From: Candidatus Eiseniibacteriota bacterium
Lineage (GTDB): Bacteria; Eisenbacteria; RBG-16-71-46
DNA length: 18,184 nucleotides
Direction: 5' to 3'
Assembly: GCA_031364845.1 (NCBI GenBank)
Contig: JANLWX010000218.1
Coordinates: 1 to 18,184, forward strand
Shown: piece by piece, positions 1 to 7,718 of the stretch
Layout of the letters: each line of letters starts with the position of its first letter
Numbering within the stretch: position 1 is the first letter of the stretch
The notes under the pieces: model-generated
Seen by the model: the letters and a program-made list of their open reading frames with translations, nothing else
The model's database searches: none
What the model was told of the DNA's origin: nothing
Program-made: the position numbers and the translations under genes

Positions 1-537
1 GAGTGCCGCGAGCGACGACTTGATGAGGTCGCCGGGCAGGAACGGCAGCAGTCCCGCGCCGAGCAGCTGATCGGCGGGCACGAAGCGCGACAGCACCGCG
101 AGTCCGCTCGCGAAGATCACCACGCTGCCGAGCAGCATCGCTAAGAGCATCGTGAAGAAGTGCCGATCCCAGCCACGCTCGGCGAGTACCCCGGTGACGG
201 CCGCGGCGAACGGGAACGCGAGCAGATAACCGCCGGTCGGCCCCGCGAACTTCACGAGTCCGAACGCGCCGCCCGAGAACACCGGCAGGCCGCTCGCGCC
301 TTCGGCGAGATAGAGGAGCTGGGCGAGAAACGCGCGACGTGCTCCGAGCACCGCACCGCTCAAGAGCACGGCAAAGGTCTGGCCGGTGATCGGCACCGGC
401 GACCACGGCACGCGGAACTCGATCTGCGCGGCGAGTGCCGTGACGAGGCTCGCGCCCACGATGAGTGCGAGGTTCGAAAGCGCGCCGGCGCGCGGCACTG
501 CGGCGTCGGCGAGCGTCATCGTGCGGACGGCGGACAT
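1..537 (-). CDS. bioY: Biotin transporter BioY (ECF S-component), 3' end runs off the window
   Basis: Manual translation from ATG at 537 (RBS GAGGTG at 541-546, minus): MSAVRTMTLADAAV...AQIEFRVPWSPVPITGQTFAVLLSGAVLGARRAFLAQLLYLAEGASGLPVFSGG...GPTGGYLLAFPFAA...LLPFLPGDLIK. These are the characteristic BioY motifs. Absent from the ORF track because there is no stop in the window. Confidence 0.93.
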   Translation of the reverse strand, partial: MSAVRTMTLADAAVPRAGALSNLALIVGASLVTALAAQIEFRVPWSPVPITGQTFAVLLSGAVLGARRAFLAQLLYLAEGASGLPVFSGGAFGLVKFAGPTGGYLLAFPFAAAVTGVLAERGWDRHFFTMLLAMLLGSVVIFASGLAVLSRFVPADQLLGAGLLPFLPGDLIKSSLAAL

Positions 538-760
538 GGTCACCTCGCATAGGGGAGTTCACGCGGCCCAACGCCGCGGATGAGTGCGTCGAATTGGGGA
601 CGCTAGCATGCGCGATTCGCGACCGGCAACCGGCAGGGCGACGGCGGCGAATGTGGCCGGACCGGCGCCGAGCGGGAGGATTCCCGCGCTGGTGCGCGGG
701 TCGCTCCAGCGATGCGCAGGCGCGGGTTAGGCTCAGGGTCGATCTCTCTGGAGGCACGTC

Positions 761-1888
761 ATGTCCCATCCGTTCTTGCGAACTCTTCCGGCTCTCGTTG
801 TGGCGTCGGCCCCGAACTCGGTGAGCATCCCGCTCGTGCGATTGGCCGCGGCGTTCGTATTCGCCGTCTCGCTCCCGGCTGTATTCGCGCCCGGCGCGCT
901 GGCCGCCGCGAAGCCCGCGGCTCCGGCGGACTACGCAGTCCCCGCGGCCAGCGACTCGTCCCCGGTCGCGGAGCTTCAGCGGGAGGCCGCGTCACTGGTG
1001 CCACTAATGAAGTCGAAGTTCGCGCGCCGGTTTCTCAAAGCGACCGCTCAACTTCCTCACATCGCGCCGCGCGCCATGCTGCACGACTCCGCGCGCACGA
1101 TGTTCTGGTGGGAGAACGAGGCGGCCGCTCTTCCCGACAGCGCGCGGGCCCGGCTCGTGAAGCGCACGCTCGATGAGCAGTTCTACTACACCACGCGCTA
1201 TGGATCTCCGCTCGCGTACGCGCGGGCGTTCGAGCTGCTCGCCGACGCGGGGCTCGGCGGACCGGAACGATTGCGGATCGCCGACTACGGATACGGCACC
1301 GTCGGCCATCTGCGGCTGCTCGCCTCGCTCGGCGCCGATGCGGTCGGCATCGAAGTGGATCCGATGCTGAAGAAGCTCTACAGCGTGCCCGGTGATCAGG
1401 GCGAGATTACGGGAGGCGGAAGCGTACGGCTCGTGCACGGCAGCTTCCCCGCGGGGCCGGGCGTCGCGGCCGAGGTCGGAGAGGGATTCGATCTGTTCAT
1501 CTCCAAGAACACGCTCAAGAACGGCTACATCCATCCCGCGCAGCCCGTGAATCCGCGGATGCTGGTGCACCTCGGCGTCGACGACACCTCCTACGTGCAG
1601 GCGATCGCGCGCATCTTGAAGCCGGGCGGCTTCGCGATGATCTACAACCTCTCCCCTGCGCCGGCGCCGCCGGACAAGCCGTACATCCCCTGGGCCGACG
1701 GGCGGTGTCCGTTTCCGCGAGAGATGTGGGAGGCCGAGGGTTTCAGCGTGATCGAATTCGACCGCGACGACGGGCCGGCCGCCCGCGCGATTGGACATGC
1801 GCTCGGATGGGATCAGGGATCGCGGCCGATGGATCTGGAGAAGGACCTGTTCGCGCACTGGACGCTGGTGCGGAAGCGCGCGAAGTAG
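761..1888 (+). CDS. Putative exported class I SAM-dependent methyltransferase-like protein
   Basis: 375 aa with GGAGG RBS upstream. Hydrophobic Ala-rich N-terminus, motif I-like IADYGYGTVG, acidic GIEVD, FDLFIS and ARILKPGG motifs. Confidence 0.65.
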   Translation: MSHPFLRTLPALVVASAPNSVSIPLVRLAAAFVFAVSLPAVFAPGALAAAKPAAPADYAVPAASDSSPVAELQREAASLVPLMKSKFARRFLKATAQLPHIAPRAMLHDSARTMFWWENEAAALPDSARARLVKRTLDEQFYYTTRYGSPLAYARAFELLADAGLGGPERLRIADYGYGTVGHLRLLASLGADAVGIEVDPMLKKLYSVPGDQGEITGGGSVRLVHGSFPAGPGVAAEVGEGFDLFISKNTLKNGYIHPAQPVNPRMLVHLGVDDTSYVQAIARILKPGGFAMIYNLSPAPAPPDKPYIPWADGRCPFPREMWEAEGFSVIEFDRDDGPAARAIGHALGWDQGSRPMDLEKDLFAHWTLVRKRAK

Positions 1889-1999
1889 GAACGAACGCCG
1901 GGACGAAGCGCGGCGGGACGTCGCGGCAGTCGAGCGGGGTGCGGCCTCGAGGCCATGCGCGAGTCGACGCGCTGCCCGCCGTCCGCCTATCCTGCGCTC

Positions 2000-2479
2000 A
2001 TGGATCCTCGCGTCGAATTCCTGGTGCGCACGCTGCAACTCGAACCCCATCCCGAAGGCGGGCGCTATCGCGAGTGGTATCGCGCGAAGGATCTCGTCAC
2101 CAGCCCGGATGGCGGCCGGAGGCCGGCCGCGACCTCGATCCACTTCATGCTCGTGAGCGGGGAACACAGCCGCTGGCACCGCGTCGCGCACGACGAGGTG
2201 TGGCACTTCCACGAAGGTGACGCCCTCGATCTGGCATGGATCGCTCCGGACGCGACGACGATCGAGCGCCATCGCCTCGGCCGCACCAGCGAGGGAAACG
2301 AACCGGCCGCGACGGTTCCCGCAGGATGCTGGCAGTCGGCATCGAGCCGTGGCGACTACTCGCTCGTTGGATGCACCGTGGCGCCGGGCTTCTCGTTCGA
2401 GGACTTCGTGCTCATGGCCGACGATCCCTCTTGCGCGGACCTGCTGCAGCGGCATCCGGAGATAGCCGTCCGGCTCTAG
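2000..2479 (+). CDS. Cupin domain protein (DUF985/Cupin_5 family)
   Basis: LEPHPEGGRYRE, TSIHFML, SRWHRVAHDEVWHFHEG and VPAGCWQ...LVGCTVAPGFSFEDF are typical of the family. The family-like sequence begins at the ATG at 2000. Confidence 0.92.
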   Translation: MDPRVEFLVRTLQLEPHPEGGRYREWYRAKDLVTSPDGGRRPAATSIHFMLVSGEHSRWHRVAHDEVWHFHEGDALDLAWIAPDATTIERHRLGRTSEGNEPAATVPAGCWQSASSRGDYSLVGCTVAPGFSFEDFVLMADDPSCADLLQRHPEIAVRL

Positions 2480-2582
2480 CTCTACAACTGCGCGACGTGC
2501 ATCACCTTCGCCATGCGCCGAACGGACTCGCGGCGGTCCGCGCGGTGGACCCTCCCGGGTCGATGCTCTACTCTGCCCGCCC

Positions 2583-4475
2583 ATGTCCGACACGATCCGC
2601 ATTGCCAACGCCGGTGGTTACTGGGGCGACGACCTCGGCCAGTTCCAGCGCCAGCTCGAACTCGGCCCGATCGACTACATCACGCTCGACTTTCTCGCCG
2701 AGATCACGATGTCGATCATGCAGAAGCAGCGCTCGCGCGATCCGCGCGCCGGCTACGCTCGCGATTTCGTGACGCAGGTCGAGAACGCGCTGCCGCTGCT
2801 CGCCGAACACGGCACCCGCGTGATCACGAACGCGGGAGGTGTGAATCCGCTCGCGTGCCGGGGTGCCTTGCTCGAGACCTCGCAGCTTCATGGCAAGCCG
2901 CTCGAAGTCGCGGCGGTGATCGGCGACGATCTGATGGGCCGGCTCGGCGAGTTGAACGCGAACGGGGTCACGCTCGACAACATGGAGGACGGAGCTTCGT
3001 TCGCTCCGGTGCGCGACCAGGTATCGTCAGCGAACGCCTACTATGGCGCGTGGCCGGTGGTCGAAGCACTGCGCAGCGGTGCCCAGATCGTGGTCACGGG
3101 ACGCTGCACGGACACCGGCATCACGCTCGCGCCGATGATCCATGCGTTCGACTGGGCTCCCGACGACTGGGACCGGCTCGCCTCGGGCATCGTCGCGGGC
3201 CACATCGTCGAGTGCGGGGCACAGAGCACCGGGGGCAACTTCACCGACTGGCGCGACGTGAAGAACTTCGCGGGCATCGGATATCCGGTAATCGAAGTGG
3301 CGCCCGACGGTTCGTTCGTGGTGACCAAGCACGCCGGCACCGGCGGTGCCGTGACGGTGCGTACGGTGAAGGAGCAACTGGTCTACGAGATGGGCGATCC
3401 GCGCGGCTACATCACGCCCGACGTGGTCGCGGACTTCGGAAGCATCCGGCTCGAGCAGGCCGGCCGCGATCGCGTGCGGGTGTGGGGCATCACCGGGCGC
3501 CCGGCGCCCGCGTCGCTCAAGGTGAGCGCTTCGTATTTCGACGGCTGGAAGGCGAGCGGCACGCTGATCATCTCGGCGCCGGACGCGGCCGAGAAGGCGC
3601 GCGCGTTCGCCGATCTGTTCTGGAAGCGGCTCGGCCTCACGTTCACGGCGAAGCACGTCGAGCTGGTCGGACACTCGTCGTGCTGGGGTCCGCTGGCTCC
3701 GCCGATCGATGCACCCGAAGTGCTGTTGCGGCTCTCGGTGCGCGATGCGGACCGCTCGAAGATCGAGGCGTTCTCGAAGATGGTTCCGGCTGTGATCCTG
3801 TCCGGCCCTCCCGGCGTCGCCGTCACCGGCGGACGCCCGCAGGCGCAGGAAGTGGTCGCGTACTGGCCGGCGCTGGTTCCGCGCGATCGTGTGAAGCCGA
3901 GCATGGTCACCCGCGACGGCGAGCGCCTGCTGGACTGGCCGACGCCGATCGTCGATACGTGGAAGCCCGCGGCCTATCCGCGCATGGAGTGGCCGAAAGC
4001 GAAGGGCAGCACGCGCCAGGTCACGGTGACGCTCGCCCGGCTCGCGCACGCGCGCAGCGGCGACAAGGGCGACACCGCGAACATCGGTGTGATCGCTCGC
4101 GCTCCCGAGATCTGGCCGTGGCTGCGCAAGACGCTGACCGCCTCGCTGGTGAAGAAGCGCTTCAAAGGCATCTGCCTCGGGCGTGTGGAGCGCTTCGAAG
4201 TGCCGAATCTGTGGGCACTGAACTTTCTGCTCCACGAGTCGCTCGGCGGCGGGGGAACGGTGTCGCTCAGGCTGGATGCCCAGGGCAAGACCCTGTCGCA
4301 TGCGCTGCTCGCGCTCGAAGTCCGGGTGCCTCAGGCACTCCTCGACGCGGCCGAGCAGGCGGATGCGGCCGGAAGTCCGGCCCGCGGAAGTGCCAAGGCC
4401 CGTACCGCGCGCGCCAAAGCCGGGGCCACGCGCCGAACCCGATCACAGCAGGCCGCCGCGGGGCGCCGTCGCTAG
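2583..4475 (+). CDS. Acyclic terpene utilization AtuA family protein (DUF1446 plus C-terminal domain)
   Basis: IRIANAGGYWGD, DFLAEITM, TNAGGVNP, VVTGRCTD, GHIVECGAQSTGGNF, EQLVYE, HARSGDKGDTANIG and LGGGGTVSLRLDAQGK motifs. Confidence 0.93.
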   Translation: MSDTIRIANAGGYWGDDLGQFQRQLELGPIDYITLDFLAEITMSIMQKQRSRDPRAGYARDFVTQVENALPLLAEHGTRVITNAGGVNPLACRGALLETSQLHGKPLEVAAVIGDDLMGRLGELNANGVTLDNMEDGASFAPVRDQVSSANAYYGAWPVVEALRSGAQIVVTGRCTDTGITLAPMIHAFDWAPDDWDRLASGIVAGHIVECGAQSTGGNFTDWRDVKNFAGIGYPVIEVAPDGSFVVTKHAGTGGAVTVRTVKEQLVYEMGDPRGYITPDVVADFGSIRLEQAGRDRVRVWGITGRPAPASLKVSASYFDGWKASGTLIISAPDAAEKARAFADLFWKRLGLTFTAKHVELVGHSSCWGPLAPPIDAPEVLLRLSVRDADRSKIEAFSKMVPAVILSGPPGVAVTGGRPQAQEVVAYWPALVPRDRVKPSMVTRDGERLLDWPTPIVDTWKPAAYPRMEWPKAKGSTRQVTVTLARLAHARSGDKGDTANIGVIARAPEIWPWLRKTLTASLVKKRFKGICLGRVERFEVPNLWALNFLLHESLGGGGTVSLRLDAQGKTLSHALLALEVRVPQALLDAAEQADAAGSPARGSAKARTARAKAGATRRTRSQQAAAGRRR

Positions 4476-4690
4476 CTGGATCCGGCCCCTGCGACCCGAT
4501 GGGCCGCGGTGGCTGTCAGGTCCGCGCAACATCCTTCCTCACGCCGCAGATTGCGGTTGACCGCGCGCGTGCGACGCGGGAGCTTGGGCCGGTGCACGGT
4601 GCCAGCCATGCCGCGGGCACTCATCGACCGCTTCGCCGGCCCTCGGCGCAACGGCGGTCCGGTGCCCCAACCCTCGAAGGAGGCCGAAAC

Positions 4691-5209
4691 ATGAACACCA
4701 AGAAGCTCGCCACGATGTGGGATCACCTGCGCCAGGTGCACGGCATTGGAGTCCGGGTGCTCGAATCGATTCCGGCCGACAAGATCGACACCCATCCGAT
4801 TCCGAACATGCGCACGCCGAAGGAACTCATCGTCCACATGTACGCGATGACGTTCCGTGAGATCGCCGAAGGCACGCTGCGCGGCAAGATCACGACGGTC
4901 GACGAGAAGGCACTGGTCCAGGGCATCAAGACGCACGCGGAGATGGTCCAGTTCGCGAAGGATCAGTGGAAGGCGGCGGACAAGGCGATCGCGCAGATCA
5001 CCGACACGCATCTCACGAACAGTGTTTCGACGCCGTGGAATTTCGAGGCGCCGGGCTCCGTGATGCTGGAGATCATCCAGGATGAGTACCTGCACCATCG
5101 CGGTCAGCTCTACGCGTACGTGCGGGCGCTCGGGAACGACGTCCCGATGATGTGGGACTTCGAGCACAATGCGCCGGAGTACCAGCCGAAGCAGGCAGCA
5201 CAGGCCTGA
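4691..5209 (+). CDS. DinB/YfiT-like family protein
   Basis: GAAGGAGG RBS before ATG 4691; 172 aa; MRTPKELIVHM and EYLHHRGQLYAYVRALG motifs. It is the C-terminal part of the spurious 2513..5209 ORF. Confidence 0.9.
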   Translation: MNTKKLATMWDHLRQVHGIGVRVLESIPADKIDTHPIPNMRTPKELIVHMYAMTFREIAEGTLRGKITTVDEKALVQGIKTHAEMVQFAKDQWKAADKAIAQITDTHLTNSVSTPWNFEAPGSVMLEIIQDEYLHHRGQLYAYVRALGNDVPMMWDFEHNAPEYQPKQAAQA

Positions 5210-5264
5210 TTCAGCGGCCCATCGCGGCGGGCGACTCGCCCGCAACGGATCCTTTACCGACCAG

Positions 5265-5297
5265 TGAGGCGGGCGAGCAATCGTCCCGCCTCATTTT
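5265..5297 (+). terminator. Intrinsic terminator downstream of the DinB gene
   Basis: TGAGGCGGG-CGA-GCAA-TCG-T-CCCGCCTCA hairpin with a GNRA loop, followed by TTTT. Confidence 0.7.
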
Positions 5298-5338
5298 GGC
5301 GTTTGCGGATCTCACTTCACCACGACGCGTGCGGCACC

Positions 5339-5372
5339 AAACAAGAAGGACCGCCTCGAATGGAGGCGGTCC
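5339..5372 (-). terminator. Intrinsic terminator on the minus strand, downstream of the repeat array
   Basis: Perfect 10-bp stem GGACCGCCTC/GAGGCGGTCC (5348-5372), followed on the minus strand by TTCTTGTTT. Confidence 0.75.
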
Positions 5373-5385
5373 CGAAAATAAGAGC

Positions 5386-5445
5386 GGGGGCTGTCGTCTT
5401 CCGGATCGGGGGCCGCACCCGATTCCTTCTGAGCAACCTCCCCCA
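5386..5445 (-). ncRNA. Structured 60-nt repeat, copy 1; candidate small RNA
   Basis: 57/60 identical to copy 2; folds as an interrupted hairpin; downstream minus-strand tract GCTCTTATTTT. Confidence 0.55.
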
Positions 5446-5615
5446 CACAGCATGTGTAGATGTCATTCGTCTGGATCGGTGCACACAATTTCAGTAACGG
5501 ATGAACGAACTAATCTGCGTGTCTTGTGAGATCGGCCGCGTGCGTAGGGCTACGGAGTGCGATCTGGGTGTTCTCACGAGAAGGCGTTCGCAGCGGTGTT
5601 CGACAAAAAGAAAAA

Positions 5616-5675
5616 GGGGGCTGTTGTCGTCAGGATCGGGGGCCGCACCCGATTCCTTCTGAGCAACCTCCCCCA
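5616..5675 (-). ncRNA. Structured 60-nt repeat, copy 2; candidate small RNA
   Basis: Minus strand: TGGGGGAGGTTGCTCAGAAGGAATCGGGTGCGGCCCCCGATCCTGACGACAACAGCCCCC followed by TTTTTCTTTTT. Confidence 0.55.
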
Positions 5676-5823
5676 TTCTGTCGGGTGTAGATGTGCGGTA
5701 GCGCGAGGGAGTTCAGATTTTTTTGGGAGCCGCCGAATTTTCCTCGAACGTCGCGGCGAAGACACTCTTTCTTCGAGTTCCTGCTCCCAAACCTCGGCTC
5801 GCGTTCTTACTCAAAAGAGAAGC

Positions 5824-5883
5824 GGGGGCTGTTGTCATGAGCATCGGGGGCCGCACCCGATGCTTTCTGAGCAACCTCCCCCA
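5824..5883 (-). ncRNA. Structured 60-nt repeat, copy 3; candidate small RNA
   Basis: 55/60 identical to copy 2; the substitutions extend the inner stem to AGCATCGGG/CCCGATGCT; downstream minus-strand tract GCTTCTCTTTT. Confidence 0.55.
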
Positions 5884-6027
5884 CACTGCACATGTTGATG
5901 TGCGCCCCTCGGAGTGAGTTCAACAAAATTTCGGATGAATAGACGGTCCATGGATGTCTTTGCACGTCGATATCTCGCCTCGCTCACAACGCCCGGTTGA
6001 CTGCGCCCCGTCCCGAATCCCGCCCAC

Positions 6028-6087
6028 TTGACGCCAGCCATCCCACCCTGTAATTAGGATACGCTAACGATCGTTAGCGATGCATAA
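6028..6087 (+). promoter_or_regulatory. Sigma70-like promoter overlapped by tandem DtxR/MntR-type operator boxes
   Basis: TTGACG at 6028-6033 with an AT-rich -10 region near 6049-6060. TTAG-N6-CTAA at 6054-6067 and TTAG-N6-ATAA at 6074-6087; perfect 18-bp palindrome CGCTAACGATCGTTAGCG at 6062-6079. Confidence 0.7.
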
Positions 6088-6115
6088 CCGCAGGGCCAGA
6101 ATCGAGGAGGTCGGC

Positions 6116-6655
6116 ATGCTCACGGGTAAGAATCCACGACGCGACAGCCTGACCGCGAGCCACGAACACTACCTGCGCGCGATCTACGAAGTGCTGAGCC
6201 AGCGCGGATATGCCCGGCTCGCCGACGTGGCCCGCGAGCTCGGCATCGCACCTCCGACGCTTTCGGTGGGGCTCAAGGCGCTCGAAGCCCGGGGCCTCGT
6301 CTCACACGATGATCGCCGGTTCCTCGGGCTCACACCCGAAGGCGAACGAATCGCGAAGGAAGTCCATCACCGGTTTGCCGTGATGCGCGCATTTCTGAGG
6401 GATGTCCTCGGAATATCAGAGCAACGGGCGCTCGACGAGGCCTGCCTGCTCGAGCATGACGTGAGCGGCGGCACGGTCGAGCGCGTTCTCGATCTGGTCA
6501 AGCTGATGCGCGAGGACGGAGAGTTGCGCGAGTTCTTCCAGCGGCGCTTCGCCGACTATCACCGCTCGTGCCGCCCGGTATCGGCATGCGCCACGTGCGA
6601 TCTCGCCTGCCTTCCGACCATGCCGACCGACTCCCCACTCGGATCACGCGTGTGA
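6116..6655 (+). CDS. DtxR/MntR family metal-dependent transcriptional regulator
   Basis: GAGGAGG RBS before ATG 6116. LTASHEHYLRAIYE, HTH ARLADVARELGIAPPTLS, LTPEGERIA...HHRF and EACLLEHDVS motifs; C-terminal CxxxxxCxxCxxxC. Confidence 0.92.
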   Translation: MLTGKNPRRDSLTASHEHYLRAIYEVLSQRGYARLADVARELGIAPPTLSVGLKALEARGLVSHDDRRFLGLTPEGERIAKEVHHRFAVMRAFLRDVLGISEQRALDEACLLEHDVSGGTVERVLDLVKLMREDGELREFFQRRFADYHRSCRPVSACATCDLACLPTMPTDSPLGSRV

Positions 6656-7692
6656 TCGAGTTGCGACGGCCTCAGCGGTTCATCATGGCGCTGCTCGGCG
6701 CATGCCTGTCACTGTCACTCCCGAACGCTTCCGCTGGCCACGACTTCTGGCCTCCGGCGGTCGAGCGCGGCAGATATCTGATGGGAACGGTGTGCACCGC
6801 GACCGTGGAACTCGCCGACACCACACGCGCGGGGGCGGCGCTCGACCGGGCGCTGGAAACGATCGCGCGCCTCGAACCGGTCATGAGCTCCTGGGCGAGC
6901 GACAGCGAACTCGCGCGGTTTCATGCGGCGGGCAAGCCGGGCTTCGCGTGCTCGGCCGAGTTGTTCGCAGCCCTCTCGGCGGCGAGAGCGTGGGCGGAAT
7001 CGACCGGCGGCGCCTTCGATCCCACCGTCGAGCCGATCAACCGGATCTGGGACATGCGCGGCGAGGGCCGCGTGCCGACCGCGAGCGAGCAGTCCGAAGC
7101 GGCGGCGCTCGTCGACTGGCGCGCCCTCGAACTCGATCCCGCCACCCGCCGTGCGCGCCTCCTGCGCCCGGGAATGGGCGTGGACCTCGGCGGGATCGGC
7201 AAGGGACTCGCGCTCGATCGGGCGGCCGAAACGCTGCGCGCGGACCGCGTGGACCGCGCGATGATCAACTTCGGTGGCCAGATCCTGGCACTCGGAAGCT
7301 GGGAGGCTTCGGTCGCGGATCCCCGCGACCGCTTGCGCCCGGTGTTCCGCGTTCCGATGCGCAATGCATCACTGTCCACCTCCGCCCAGAGCGAACGCGG
7401 AGTCGATGTCGCGGGCCGCCACCGCGGGCACATCCTCGACCCGCGCACCGCGGAGCCGGTCGCGTTCGAAGGCTCGGTCTCCGTGCTCGCGCCAAGCGCT
7501 CTCGCCGCCGATGCGCTGTCGACCGCGCTGCTCATCATGGGCCGCGAGCGCGCCCGCAAATTCGCCGCGGGACATCCGGACATCGGTGTCCTGTGGGTCG
7601 AACCATCGCGCGGAACATTGCACACATGGAAATGGAACCTCGTGGACGTCGTTGCCGATCCCGGCGCACGTATCGCGTGGATGACGCACTGA
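6652..7692 (+). CDS. apbE: FAD:protein FMN transferase ApbE
   Basis: LMGT, STGGAFDPTV, DLGGIGKG, INFGG, LSTS, HILDPRT and ADALSTAL motifs; signal-peptide-like N-terminus. Start is uncertain: GTG 6652 overlapping the upstream stop, or ATG 6685. Confidence 0.92.
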   Translation: MIELRRPQRFIMALLGACLSLSLPNASAGHDFWPPAVERGRYLMGTVCTATVELADTTRAGAALDRALETIARLEPVMSSWASDSELARFHAAGKPGFACSAELFAALSAARAWAESTGGAFDPTVEPINRIWDMRGEGRVPTASEQSEAAALVDWRALELDPATRRARLLRPGMGVDLGGIGKGLALDRAAETLRADRVDRAMINFGGQILALGSWEASVADPRDRLRPVFRVPMRNASLSTSAQSERGVDVAGRHRGHILDPRTAEPVAFEGSVSVLAPSALAADALSTALLIMGRERARKFAAGHPDIGVLWVEPSRGTLHTWKWNLVDVVADPGARIAWMTH

Positions 7693-7718
7693 CCTCTCAC
7701 CCCTCCGGAGATCCATCT

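Larger units (their letters stand above)
5386..5883. repeat. Three direct repeats of 60 bp, periods 230 and 208 bp
   Basis: Direct alignment of 5386-5445, 5616-5675 and 5824-5883 shows no indels; the intervening segments of 170 and 148 bp are mostly dissimilar. Confidence 0.97.

Noticed and set aside
160..552. Plus-strand 130-aa ORF
   Set aside because: Antisense shadow of bioY.
4510..4535. SRP RNA-like TGTCAGGTCC motif
   Set aside because: The required GGAA tetraloop and the following GGAAGCAGC are absent.
2513..4690. N-terminal part of the 898-aa ORF 2513..5209
   Set aside because: Off-frame shadow of the AtuA gene; Arg-rich with no recognisable motifs. The real DinB start is 4691 with a strong RBS.
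5386..5883. CRISPR array interpretation of the three repeats
   Set aside because: Repeats of 60 nt with 148-170-nt spacers are outside normal CRISPR dimensions, the spacers share promoter-like motifs, and no cas gene is in the window.
5398..5886. Repeats as Cys-rich peptide (RiPP) precursors, since one minus frame reads CGGGCSEGIGCGPR
   Set aside because: No consistent start, RBS or stop across copies; substitutions are mostly non-synonymous and track base pairing; no modifying enzymes adjacent. Not fully excluded without ribosome profiling.
6702..7718. N-terminal extension of the 785-aa porin ORF
   Set aside because: Overlaps apbE out of frame; signal peptide and RBS place the start at 7719.
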